Part shown: positions 45,581 through 58,494 of the stretch, one piece after another
How the letters are laid out: every line of letters begins with the position of its first letter
Position numbering within the stretch: the stretch's first letter is position 1
From: Macrostomum lignano
Lineage: Eukaryota
DNA: 64,000 nt
Assembly (NCBI GenBank): GCA_002269645.1
Contig: NIVC01002903.1
Span: 1 to 64,000, forward strand
Direction of reading: 5' to 3'
Position numbers and translations under genes: made by a program
The notes under the pieces: model-generated
What the model was told of the DNA's origin: nothing
The model's input: the letters and a program-made list of their open reading frames with translations, nothing else
Databases searched by the model: none

Positions 45581-46631
45581 GGACACTAGTCGTTTCAGTG
45601 ATAAGTCATTTTAGTGACAGTCATTTTGGTGACAAATAGTTGTTTTGGGGACAAGTTGTATTTGTAATAGACACTATTTTTGATAAAAAATAAGATTTTA
45701 TAAGTATAGTTATTTTAGTAATAACAGGCGCTTTATAATATTAGCTTGTAATTTTTTTGTTAATATTTATGTTTCTTATATATATATATTTAACAATTTC
45801 CATTAAAAGATTAAAATATTTAAAAAAAGAAATCAATCTAATTATATTGTTTTCTTTTTGTGCAGATCATTTTCAATTGTCCCAGAATATTCAGACACAA
45901 ACTATAAACCTATAAAAAATCTCATAAGATGACAACCACAAAAAAGTAGAGATTCATTGGACACCAATGGTATACTTAAGATTTTGAAAAGGGAAGGGAT
46001 AACTTTTAGAAACAAAACTATGTAGACTAATAAAATAGTTTTTTTGCAATGTTTGCTTAGAATATACATTTAAAAGAACTAAAACCATGTTTATTTGGCT
46101 AAAAAAACTTTACTTTGTGAAAATAAAAATAAAGCCGGCAGACATGTATCTTGTCTATAGCATTTAAGAAACTAGGGATTCATGGAAATATCATTTAAAA
46201 CATTTGAATATTAATTTTTAGGAAAATATATGCCAATTTTTGGCAATTTTGCTAAGTCTCAGCAGCTTTATTTTGCATTTTTTAAACTTATTTTTGTTTC
46301 CTATAAATCATCAAAATGGGGGAGAGATATATCCCCGTATCCCCTTCCTAGGTACGCCACTGCTGGACACTATGGCTAGATTAGAAAACAAATTCAAAAG
46401 ATCGCAACTCTGTAATTGTAAATAAACAAAATTAAATAAAGCAATATTTAACCCTTTTAGAAAATTATAAAATTTGAAGTTAATATCCCTTAAGATTTGC
46501 TAGGTAATTTTCTGTTTAAAAGCAGAATGGCTATCACTAAAAGGATATTTTTCTTGTCACCAAAATGACTTTTGCTTGTCACTAAAAAGACTGTTACCAA
46601 AACATCTTGTCACCAAAATGACTATAATCTA
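45581..46631. mobile_element. AT-rich foldback/MITE-like element
   Basis: Repeated AGTCATTTT(A/G)GTGAC motifs at the left end and the reverse-complement GTCACCAAAATGACT motifs at the right end. Confidence 0.55.
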
Positions 46632-46935
46632 TTAATTTAATAATAAGTATTTTGCAGTATGTTTTTACTTTTAACTAAGGTAGACCTAGTCCTAGGCCTT
46701 TTTTCATTTTGTTAAGCTAACCTACTATTTTAAAGTCTTTTCATTTCAATTTTTGTTTTAGTTTTTTTAGAAATCAAATATAAGCAATGTCAATGTGCAT
46801 ATGATTCAATAAACAAAGCTAAAATAAATTTTTTGTATTTTAAATTTTGTATAATCAAAACTATATTTATTAGCATTGTTGATCTACTTCATTATCACCT
46901 AGCTAAATCTTCTTAGCACACATGTTAGGCAATAA

Positions 46936-47516
46936 AATTCTGGCTATTTTGCCTTAAACCATTTTAGCCATTGCAAAAAACCATTTTGCCCACAAACTAG
47001 TTCAACTATCTAGGCATTTTGATCACAATGGTGATTATATAATATACAAATATATATGTATGTATTGCTAAGCTATATTTAGCTTTCAATGCTAATTTTT
47101 ATCTTTATATATAGGCATAAAAAGTTATTAATATTGCCTCAATTTGTAGAAAAAAAGAAACATGACAGAAATTCCCATTATATATTGGCTATACCTATCA
47201 TACATGTTATACACAAAAGTTATGTTTATAGCTATTATTAAACTATCATTCACTTGTATTATAGCTTGTGTCATTTGTGTTTGTAAGTTTTAGATAACTT
47301 TAGCATCAATATTATATTGTTTGCAAAATTATTTCATGTTGATAATTTTCTAAGAAGGCAAAAGTAAAGTATATAAAAGTATAATCTAAGTCATTTCAAT
47401 CAAAGGGAAGGAGGCTTGAAGACAAAATAGTCCATGGCTAAATGGTCTATAGGCCAAGTGGTTTGGGGGCAAAATGTCCATGGCTAAAATAGTTTATAGG
47501 CAAAATGACCAGTTAC
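46936..47516. mobile_element. AT-rich MITE-like element with long imperfect TIRs
   Basis: Left CTGGCTATTTTGCCT-TAAACCATTTTAGCCAT vs reverse complement of right CTGGTCATTTTGCCTATAAACTATTTTAGCCAT. Confidence 0.6.
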
Positions 47517-48664
47517 TAGCAATAGTGCAACTTGGAATTTTTCAAGGAGGGCAAATTCTAAAAAGGTAGAAATGCAAAGAAAGGTTTTTAGCTAAAAGGT
47601 TTCAAAGCTATTTAGAGCTCTACTCATCTCTTATCTTAAATGGTATAGAGAGGGTTGGCTCTATATTTCAATAAAAAAATTGCTTGGTGCCTCCTTCCTT
47701 TGATTTTTTCTAGTCTTTGCCTAAGAGAAAGGCAACCACCCTATCCTTTCCCTCCTATTTGTACCATTAATTGCTAAGTGTAGCCTTCTAAATAGGATAC
47801 AACAAATGCAATTAAATCAAACATATTCTTTGAAATTAAAGAAATATGCCAATTTTAACAAAATGGATATTATTTTAATTAAGAAAATGTTTTATAAAGC
47901 ATTTATTATATTGTTATTAAATTATTTTTATCATTTGGGCATATTAACTGGGGTACTAAAAAGCAATCTGGGTACCAAAATACCAGGCACCAAAAACCAT
48001 AGCAACTGTCACAATTAGGCAGTCCAATGAGTTGAAAAAATAGTAAAATGAATTTTAAAAAGTAAAAATGAATATAGTTCTTCTTTAAAAACATAAAAAT
48101 GAGGTGAAATGATATATTAAAATATGAAAGCTGAGAAAATTCTTTTCTTAAAATGTATAAAATTCTACAAATGGTAAAGTATACTAAAATTAATATGCTT
48201 TTTATAATTTTCCTTTTTGAAAAAATATATGCATATGACTCTTGTGAAAAATACAAAATAAGAAATTTTTTTGTGTCAAACTAAAGATAATTTTTCAACA
48301 AAAAATTGTCATTTGAATTTACTTTTTATCTGGTTTTGGTTAAGATTTATACTAAGAAATGTGAAAGAAGGTCAGTATGAGTGTTACACAACCTCAAATG
48401 TCTGTAGTGTCCTTTTCCAATCATCATTTTTGGTAAACGTTAGCTTTGAATTGGTCAGAAAGATATGGAAATATCTATGGATGAAACCAGTAATTAATTG
48501 CTAGTCAGATCTAATGGTGTCAGTGTTTGCATATTCCATACCAAGTGCTTGCTTTGCTTTTGGCCAAGGACTCAAATATGAGTTCTTTCCAAAGTCTTGA
48601 AAGTCAGCAGAGTCAAAGTTTTCATCCTGTGGTCTATAGGATAGAGTAGAGCCAAAATTGCTAA

Positions 48665-49450
48665 GGCTCATTCCATATAAGCATGGTCATAACATGACAG
48701 GTTATTTTTACTTATAAAATGAAATCTAATAATAGAATATACTAAACCAATATTTTAAATGAAAGATTATTTTGTCTAGAATATATTTATAGAGTTTCAT
48801 ATAGATATCATCATTAGTATAGATGCTATTAAACCTTAAATGACACTTATGGTTGTAACGACAGGATTTTCGACATATAGAAACTAAAAGGTAAAAGTCT
48901 TATAACATTTTTCATTTTTGATATTTTGCAATACATTTTTAAAATTTGACTAAGAACATCTTTAGAAATCATACTCTTTTATTAGAATATATAAACTCAA
49001 AAGGCAACAAAGATACAAAAGAAAAGGCAGCCTTATGGTCGTAACATTATGGTCGTAACATATTTTTTTCTGTCAATTCAGTAACTTTGAGGTACTAATA
49101 CATTAAAAATATAATAGATTATTTGGTCACCAATGCTTTTATCTGATGATGCAAGTACTATACTTTTATCTATAGTTTGTTTCAACCTTCAAAAGCTTTC
49201 TATTTGTTTTTAAAAGGTACAAAATCTTAATGATGTCTTTTGCTTCGAAAAATGTCCAAATTTTTACAAAAATGACTTTTTGCCAATTGATAACATACTA
49301 ATCAAACATTTTACTATTCCTTTATTCTTAGATTGTATATATTGCACAATATAAACATTTGGTAAAAAAATAGGCTAATTAGGCAATGGCAAGCAAAAAT
49401 ATTGACTTTTTTCTATTTTCCAAATATGTCCATCTTATATGGAATGAGCC
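48665..49450. mobile_element. 786-bp MITE with perfect 17-bp TIRs
   Basis: GGCTCATTCCATATAAG ... CTTATATGGAATGAGCC, flanked by CTAA on both sides (TSD CTAA, or TAA as in PIF/Harbinger Tourist elements). Confidence 0.8.
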
Positions 49451-50931
49451 CTAATCATATTTTTTTAATCCATGGTAAGAACAGCATAAAGAAAATAAGT
49501 TCAAGAAAGTGAGAAGACAAGTTCAAGGATGGCTAGTCCACTTTGAATGACCAGTAGTCATACTCTTGCCATCCCCACATGGCATGGTGTAACACCATTA
49601 CTGATCTTTTTCACATTTCCTGGTGTAACTCCAAACCAAAACCAGATAAAAAAGAAATTCAAAGGACAGGTTTTTATCATTGAAAAATTATCTTTAGTTT
49701 GACAAAAAAACATAAAAATTGGTCAAGCCACTAAGGAGCTGGAGCAAAGATTCTGAGAACTTTTGGGACACCCCATTGTGTATAGCTATAACTTTGTTTT
49801 TATTTTTAACAAAAATTGTATCAAGTTTTCAAAATACTTTTTTTACCAATAGGCTTGATGCTATGCATTGTTGACATCAATTTTTAATGCAGAATTTGTC
49901 ATAGAATCTTTTGCAGAGATTGTTTTTTACTTTTGCCTCCCACTTTTACCCATATAGAAGTTTAAGCATCCTCCAATAGTACATATATGGGTGTTTCTAC
50001 CAAATGTAAACAAAAATTAAATTAAAAAGTATAATAGATAGTAAAATAGTAAAACAACTTTTAAATATATTAAAACAAGAAAATATTTTAAGACATATTA
50101 AGCAGAGTAATAGAATATAACTAGAGTTACTACTATTAATATAATTTATAGACTATAATAGTTTCCATTGAGTCACTAACATATAATATACTAACAATAA
50201 ACTCTAATATATATACTAAAGATTAAAGAAGGTATTGTCTTATATTTGTCTTTGTCTATTAATATGTGGATATAATCTTTTAAAGCAAGGCTTTTAGGTT
50301 TGAAGTAATGATATATTTGCTGGGTAGGCCTTGTCTGAGCAAATTTAGAAAAATGTGACCATATCCCAAATTTTTTACCCTACCAATGTGCTCGCAGTAT
50401 GATTGATAACATGTTTGCTTTCAATCCTGTCCAGCTTATCTTCCTGTCTGCTAAACTGAAACTGGGGTTGCCTGCCTAAAGTGCGCTTTGTACTTTTGTA
50501 CTTTTGGCTGCCCTCAAATTTCAGGAGGCTCACTGCAGGCCGCCGGCAGGCCAGGCTGAGCCCCAGCGGCTGCAGCAGCGGCTTGGCGCCTCTCATATTG
50601 GCTCTGCGCAGCCACGGCGCCGGCCCACGCGCGCCACCGAGGCCGGGAGAGAGCTGAGTGCGCGCTAATTTAAACAGGCGCCGTGTACATTTTTTAAGTA
50701 GAGAAAAAAATTTGGCAAGCTGCCAATAATCCATCCTACATATTTTAATTAATGACAGATTTCAGTTTGGCCTGGCAGATTTACTTTATATTTATTGTTC
50801 ATCAGCTAGCATTACTAAGCAATACGGGGTACTACTGTAAGTAGCTAGCAGTAGCATAGTATACCTCTAAACGCTATCCGCAACCTCAATTCTAGATAGC
50901 TAGCTAGCCGAACTGGTCCTGTCGACAATTC

Positions 50932-53747
50932 ATGGAGAAATTCAAAGCCAAGCGGGGCGGCGGCCCCAGGTTCAATATGAACGCCCGGGCGGCGGCGGTA
51001 GCGGCTGGCAGCCGGATTGCCCGCCGAGGTCGCGGAGGCCGCGTCATTCGAGGCGGAGTCGGCCGCGGTGCATTTCCGGCCGCGGGTGCGGCGGCGGCGG
51101 CACCTTGTTGGTCTAATAACGCCGGCGCTAGCAGATTCCAGCTTCATCAACTGCAGCAGCAGCAGCAGCAGTTTCGGCGGCTGCCCTACCAGCAGCAGCA
51201 GAGAACTCAGCTCATCCGTCGAGTCTGGCAAAATCGTCGGGGTCGTCGCGGCGGCGGTGTCGCTACCAGTTCGAGCTCCGCTGGCGGGGCCGCCCATCAG
51301 CAGCAGCTGCAGAGCTCCGATCCGTTGAACCTGCGCTGGGTTGCGGCGGAGAGCCAGCGCAGGGAGCTGGCCGGCTTGTCGCCGATGCCTGGTGACAGCG
51401 CGCTCGGCTCCCCGGTGCTGCCGCCCGTTGACGAGGGCGCAGCCGGCCAGGCTGCTGTGGAAGGTGAGCGAAAGGTCTTGTAGAATTGGGTCAGTTGACG
51501 ATGCAGAATCTAAGCTGACGCGCATTCTAAGAATCTGAAGCTGACGCGCATTCTAAGAATCTAAGCTGACGCGCATTCTAAGAATCTGAAGCTGACGCGC
51601 ATTCTAAGAATCTGAAGCTGACGCGCATTCTAAGAATCTAAGCTGACGCGCATTCTAAGAATCTAAGCTGACGCGCATTCTAAGAATCTAAGCTGACGCG
51701 CATTCTAAGAATCTAAGCTGACGCGCATTCTAAGAATCTAAGCTGACGCGCATTCTAAGAATCTAAGCTGACGCGCATTCTAAGAATCTAAGCTGACGCG
51801 CATTCTAAGAATCTAAGCTGACGCGCATTCTAAGAATCTAAGCTGACGCACATTCTAAGAATCTAAGATGACGCGCATTCTAAGAATCTAAGCTGACGCG
51901 CATTCTAAGAATTTAAGATGACGCGCTTACTAATAATCTAAGATCTTTCTGTAAATTCTTGATTTTCTAATCGCAGGCGCAACGTTGGAGTCCTCTGAAG
52001 CCGTGTCCACTAGTAGCGCATGCGCGGAATCAACAGCAGCCAGCAGACCTTCAACGACATCCGCGTCGACCGCGGTGAACTCGTCGTCGTCATCAACGAC
52101 GACAGCGGGCTCGCACCGGTTCAAGCGGCCAGCCGGCGGGAACTTCGGCAGCAGTGGCGGTCGCAGCGGCGGCTTCTTCCAGCCAATCTACGGCAACTAT
52201 CGAGCCTATTACGGTAAGCGGCTTCGAGCGGGCAATTTGAATATTGGCAGACTGCAGGACGACCGGCTGGAACTGCTGCAGCCCGACTGGTATCTGGGCC
52301 GCGATGTGCTGGATATCGGCTGCAACGATGGCATTTTATCCTTGAAGATTGCCGAGACTCTGGGCGTGAAGTCTCTCACCGGGGTGGACATTGACGGCCA
52401 CCTGGTGCAGCGGGCACAGCGGAACCTGAGGCTGCGGGTGCGTGAGGCCGAAGCCGAGCTGAGGCTGAAACGGAACCTGGCTAGGGAGGGCTACCAGGTG
52501 AGGACTGTCTTCTGCTTCTGTACGTGTCCGATCTGCCTGTCTTTGTGTCCTATCTGCCTGTCTTTGTCCGATCTGCCTGTCTTTGTGTCCTATCTGCCTG
52601 TCTTTGTGTCCTATCTGCCTGTCTTTGTCCGATCTGCCTGTCTTTGTGTCCTATCTGCCTGTCTTTGTCCGATCTGCCTGTGCCTGTCTGTGTCCGATCT
52701 GTCTGTGTCCGATCTGCCTGTCTTTGTCTGTCCGATCTGCCTGTCTTTGTGTCCTATCTGCCTGTCTTTGTGTCCTATCTGCCTGTCTTTGTCCGATCTG
52801 CCTGTGCCTGTCTGTGTCCGATCTGTCTGTTCCGATCTGTCTGTTCCGATCTGTCTGTGTCCGATCTGTCTGTCTTTGTCTGTCTAATCCGCCTGTCTGT
52901 CTGTCTGTCTGTCTGTCCAATCTGTCTGTCTGTCTGTCTGTTTGTCTGTGTCCGATCTGCCTGTCTATCTGCTCCCCATATGTCTGTACGATCTCTCTGT
53001 ATTCTTCTGTCCCTAATCTGTCTTGGTCGTGTCTGATGACACCCTGTCGGTCTCATCCCGGTCATCCCGCAGGTGGAGTCGCGGCAGCAGGAGCGCACCG
53101 GCTTCCCCTACAACGTGTTCTTCCAGGCCGGCAACTACGTGCTGGACAGCGAGGAGCAGCTGGCCAAGGTCGAGGAGAACAAATACGACATCATCCAGGC
53201 ATTCAGCATCACCAAATGGATCCACCTGAACTGGGGCGATCGCGGCCTCAAATTATTCTTTCGCCGGGCGTTTCGCGAGCTCCGGCCGGACGGCAAGCTG
53301 ATCCTGGAGCCGCAGCCGTTCCAGTCCTACAAGAAGAAGCTGCTCTGCCCCGAGCACAAGCGCAACTACGCCAATATCGAGATGCGGCCGGAGAAATTTC
53401 GCGAATACTTGGAACGCGAGGTCGGCTTCGCTCATAGTCTGTACATCTCCGAGCAGCAGCAGTACCACGGATTCCAGCGACCCGTGCTCATGTGCACCAA
53501 GCCGACTGGCCGCACCCCCGCGCTGCAGGCCGCGCCGGCTCCGCACCCGCTGCCGGCTGGCACGGCCGGCGGGACCGCCGAGTCGCAGCGGGCGGCCGTG
53601 GCGATGGCGGCAGTCAGCAGTGCTGCCGAGACGCCGGAGTCCATCAGGCTGGCCGCCGCTTCGCCGCCCCAGCTGGAGGACGGACTGGACTCGTTTGATG
53701 AGGAGCGGGGTTTTGAGTCCGGCGGCAGCCAGCAGCAGGGAGATTAG
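50932..53747 (+). CDS. MEPCE: 7SK snRNA methylphosphate capping enzyme (Bin3 family), 575 aa; exons 50932-51463, 51977-52497, 53073-53747
   Basis: YGNYRAYYG, SAM motif VLDIGCNDG, GVDID, FPYNVFF..GNYV, SITKWIHLNWGD.GLK.FF, LRPDGKLILEPQP; GT-AG introns in phases 1 and 0; total 1728 nt. Confidence 0.95.
51512..51930. repeat. 25/26-bp minisatellite (AAGCTGACGCGCATTCTAAGAATCT)n in MEPCE intron 1
   Basis: Direct periodicity. Confidence 0.95.
52525..52970. repeat. ATCTGCCTGTCTTTGT(GT)CC / TCTG compound repeat in MEPCE intron 2
   Basis: Direct reading. Confidence 0.9.
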
Positions 53748-53859
53748 CGCTGGCTCTGCTGGCACCTGATTGTGCTTGTTAATGTTCTTTTATTCAGTCA
53801 GTTGCGGCTCTGGAGCTTGCGGTGGTACAGCTTATCAAATTTATAACTGAATCCCAGAT

Positions 53860-54320
53860 CCTCAGTTACTAGGCCAGCCTCACAGATTCCCAGTTGGTTA
53901 GCCAGCCTCCCAGATCCCCAGTTGCTTAGCCAGCTTCCCAGATCCCCAGTTGCTGCGCCAGCCTCCCAGATCCTCAGTTGCTGCGCCAGCCTCCCAGATC
54001 CCCAGTTGCTGCGCCAGCCTCCCAGATCCTCAGTTGCTGGCCCAGCCTCCCAGATCCTCAGTTGCTGATCCAGCCTCCCAGATCCTCAGTTGCTGATCCA
54101 GCCTCCCAGATCCTCAGTTGCTGCGCCAGCCTCCCAGATCCTCAGTTGCTGGGCCAGCCTCCCAGATCCTCAGTTGCTGTGCCAGCCTCCCAGATCCTCA
54201 GTTGCTGGGCCAGCCTCCCAGATCCTCAGCTGCTGAGCCGCCACTCGCTGCCCAGATCCTCAGCTGCTGAGCCGCCACTCGCTGCCCAGATCCTCAGCTG
54301 CTGAGCCGCCACTCGCTGCC
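53860..54320. repeat. 28-bp minisatellite (CCAGCCTCCCAGATCCTCAGTTGCTGNN)n
   Basis: GTTGCTG at 54061 and 54089. Confidence 0.9.
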
Positions 54321-54909
54321 TAGATACGAACATGGGTATTGTAAATAAGCTCCGTATTATCAGTGCTACTCAAGTGCAAGTAAATTTGCCCTTCATAGCT
54401 CCTTCCAACGATACAAGTGATAATCTGTCAAAGTTCTGCTGTTAAACATGAAATATCAAGGCTTACTGTATACTCTGAGATAGGTGAAGTCTTCATTGAA
54501 TTGCATATTTAACTCTTAGTTTATTATTTTATTGAGAAACTTTTAATATTGGCCTATTTTATTAGGAGTATCTCGCGACACTGGGGAGCCGCCATGCAGA
54601 GCGGACCGTCTGTGCCACGCCTTATAAACTGTCTGTTTTCCTGTCTGTTTATACACTTTGTTTATTTATATTTTGTTTTCACCCTGTCGCTAGGCAGCGC
54701 TAGTTAATGCACAGATACTGTCGTGGCAGTTTTTTTATTCTGAAAACTTTATTTGTTTGCCTGTTTGCTTTCTCCATGTGCAAAGCCGCCTGTGGCAGCT
54801 AATATGATATCGCGATCGGCTTCTGAGCCGTTTCGTACCTTTGTCGCCGTATTTTAACTTTGACTTGCCCCTCTTATCACGGTTCTCTGCGTCTCCGGAC
54901 ACCTGATTC

Positions 54910-55480
54910 TCGTCTGCCTTCTCTGCCTTCTCATCTGCCTACTCTGCCTTATCTGCCTACTCTGCCTTCTCATCTGCCTACTCTGACTTTCCATCTGCCT
55001 TCTCATCTGCCTTCTCTGCCTTCTCATCTGCCTTCTATCTGCCTTCTCTGCCTTCTTATCTGCCTTCTCATCTGCCTTCTCATCTGCCTTCTCATCTGCC
55101 TTCTCTGCCTTCTCATCTGCCTTCTCATCTGCCTTCTCTGCCTTCTCATCTGCCTTCTCATCTGCCTTCTCTGCCTTCTCATCTGCCTTCTCATCTGCCT
55201 TCTCATCGGCCTTCTCATCTGCCTACTCTGCCTTCTCATCTGCCTTCTCATCTGCCTACTCTGCCTTCTCATCTGCCTTCTCTGCCTTCTTCTCTGCCTT
55301 CTCATCTGCCTTCTCTGCCTTCTCATCTGCCTTCTCATCTGCCTTCTCATCTGCCTTCTCATCTGCCTTCTCTGCCTTCTCATCTGCCTTCTCATCTGCC
55401 TACTCTGCCTTCTCATCTGCCTTCTCTGCCTTCTTCTCTGCCTTCTCTGCCTTCTCATCTGCCTTCTCTGCCTTCTCATC
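54910..55480. repeat. 12/9-bp compound repeat CTGCCTTCT(CAT)
   Basis: Direct reading. Confidence 0.93.
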
Positions 55481-56284
55481 ACATTTTCTGCCGTCTCTCT
55501 TCCCCCCAGCTCCCCTCTTTCCCTGCCTTCCCTGCCCAATGCTGTTAATAAATTGAAATCCGACTCCTACACTCGCATCCCGCGCGCACTCCTGCATCCA
55601 CTCACTGCGGTCAGTACTAATGTGTAATAATACATTAGCCATAAAATCTACTCTATGCTACTGCTGCTAGCGACTCTGTGTGTACATTTCTGCGATCTTT
55701 TTCGCGCTAGGCTATTTCTAAACCTACTTTAATACACTAAAAAAAGATTTGCAAAAACTTGGAGTTATTATCATACGTAATGTCATAAACTATTAAATTA
55801 ATTATGCTTGTAAGTCTCTTGTGTAGAATCTGTTTTTCTACGGGTTTAGTGTGTATTTTGTAGAGTTTGTAAGCGGGACACTTGAGAAAAATTCACTTAG
55901 AGTGTATTAAGCGAGTGTGTGTTTTATATTCCTTACTAGTGACATACATTATAATAATTATATTCACAATAAGCGGTAGCCTCTACTCTAAGTAGCATTA
56001 TTTGGGCATATGCAAGATTAATTTAAAAGTATTGCTGGGAAAATTGTTGAAACGGTGGTGGAGCAGTTCACACGGTACGATTCATAGCGAACGGTTTTCT
56101 GTACATAAATGCTCAGCGAATGTCGCTTCATCTACTGTTCTTTTCAATTATTCTTGTCTAAAAAACTAAATAGGGTGAGTGTTGGTGACAGCTCTTGCAT
56201 AGGCTGCGGTGCGAATGGCAGGCCAGTTCTGCGAAAACATCACCTCTTGTAAAGGAATAAACCAATGGAATGCTCGAGTCATGC

Positions 56285-57195
56285 CTTGGGTCAGGGAATG
56301 GGATCTGGATTCCATTTGGGTCAGGGAATGGGATCTGGATTCGATTTGGGTCAGGGAATGGGATCTAGATTCCATTTGGGTCAGGGAATGGGGATCTAGA
56401 TTCCATTTGGGTCAGGAAATGAGGATCTAGATTCCATTTGGGTCAGGGAATGGGATCTGGACTCATTTGGGTCAGGGAATGGGGATCTGGACTCATTTGG
56501 TTCAGGGAATGGGGATCTGGACTCAATTGGGTCAGGGAATGGGGATCTGGACTCAATTGGTTCAGGGAATGGGGATCTGGACTCAATTGGGTCAGGGAAT
56601 GGGGGCCTGGACTCAATTGGTTCAGGGAATGGGGATCTGGACTCAATTGGGTCAGGGAATGGGGATCTGAACTCAATTGGGTCAGGGAATGGGGATCTGG
56701 ACTCAATTGGTTCAGGGAATGGGGATCTGGACTCAATTGGGTCAGGGAATGGGGGCCTGGACTCAATTGGTTCAGGGAATGGGGATCTGGACTCAATTGG
56801 GTCAGGGAATGGGGATCTGGACTCAATTGGGTCAGGGAATGGGGGCCTGGACTCAATTGGTTCAGGGAATGGGGATCTGGACTCAATTGGGTCAGGGAAT
56901 GGGGATCTGAACTCAATTGGGTCAGGGAATGGGGATCTGGACTCAATTGGGTCAGGGAATGGGGATCTGGACTCATTTGGGTCAGGGAATGGGGATCTGG
57001 ACTGAATTGGGTCAGGGAATGGGGACCTGGACTCAATTGGTTCAGGGAATGGGGATCTGGACTCATTTGGGTCAGGGAATGGGGATCTGGACTCAATTGG
57101 GTCAGGGAATAGGGATCTGGACTCCATTGGGTTGGGGAATGGGGATCTGGACTCAATTGGGTCAGGGAATGGGGATCTGGACTCATTTGGGTCAG
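56285..57195. repeat. 30-bp minisatellite (GGGTCAGGGAATGGGGATCTGGACTCAATT)n
   Basis: 30-bp period with 240-bp higher-order recurrence of variants. Confidence 0.95.
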
Positions 57196-57684
57196 GGCAA
57201 GCAAACCGTTATTCCGAGCCGCTGCCAGTTGCTAAGACAAATGTCCGTGATGCAGATTAAAAGTGCAAAGTGCAGGTCATTGTGCCAGGCTAAATCGAGC
57301 GTCACCTTTCCGGATGCAGCGAATAGCTAATGAGGTTATCGAACAATTGCAACAACTATGCACTATAGAAAATCTATAATGCTGCAGACATCAGCGCAAT
57401 CTTCGGCGAGCCCACTGCCGTACAGCGGGTGGCAATTAGGTTATCCTGAGCGGTGAACCCTGGCCAGCATAGTGGAGCCCCGCGTCAACTCATTTTCTGT
57501 CGCCTGAAATTGCTTTCTCAAATCAGGTTTGCCGTCTCTAAGTCCCCCCTGCCGGACTGCATGGGCGCGCCCTCCGATTCCACTTCGCCGAGCGGAATGC
57601 GCTAATCTCCTCTAATCCCTTCTGAAAATCACAACTTAAATAGCTTGAGAATGAGCATGAGAGATCACTGAGAATCCGTTAAAA

Positions 57685-58085
57685 CTGCCAGAGAATCTCC
57701 TAAAACTACCTGAGAATCTCCTAAAACTACCTGAGTCCCCTAAAACTGTCTGAGAATCTCCCTCTCTACAACTACTTGAGAATCTCCCCTAAAACTGTCT
57801 GAGAATCTCCCCTAAGACCCACTGAGTAAATTCTTTTAAAACTACCCTAGTATCTCCCCTAAAACTACCTGAGAATCTCCTAAAACTACCTGAGTCCCCT
57901 AAAACTACTTGAGAATCTCCCCTAAAACTGTCTGAGAATCTCCCCTAATACTCTCAGAGAATCTCCCCTAAGACCCACTGAGTAAATTCTTTTAAAACTA
58001 CCCTAGTATCTCCCCTAAAACTACCTGAGAACCTGCCTCTAGAACTACCTTAGAATCTCCCTTAAAATACTAGAGAATCTCCTCT
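57685..58085. repeat. Degenerate 21-22-bp repeat (CTAAAACTACCTGAGAATCTCC)
   Basis: Repeated GAGAATCTCC / CTAAAACT motifs. Confidence 0.85.
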
Positions 58086-58209
58086 AAAACTATTCGAGAT
58101 TATTATTTTGACCACTCCGATGAAGAAGAATTTCTAGGAACTGACAGCAACTTTATATCACTCGAAGGGTTTGTGAGGATCTCCAATACAGCCTCGATAG
58201 GTAGGGCTC

Positions 58210-58448
58210 TCAGCACAGGTAGGGCGAACTGCAGTAGACATTGTCCCCGGCTAGCCTTCTAGAAGCTGCGGCTGCCGCGCCTCGAGAATCGTCCAACCGT
58301 CTACTGTCGCTCGTGCCGCTGTCCGGATCGTCAACGTCTTGGAATGCCGGAGCGGCGGCGGCTCCGGCTGCTGACTGGGGTGGACACCGGCGCATCAGCG
58401 GCCGCTCCTGCTGAGATGTCGGCCGCACCAGCGGGAGAGACAGCTGGC
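58210..58448 (-). CDS. Probable terminal exon of an unidentified minus-strand gene
   Basis: GAGCAG acceptor, GC-rich open frame QLSLPLVRPT..DDPDSGTSDSRR..NVYCSSPYLC*; upstream exons not resolved. Confidence 0.45.
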
Positions 58449-58494
58449 CTGCTCGGGCTGGGGTGGGGCGGCGGCTGGGATGAAGGGTCGCGGT

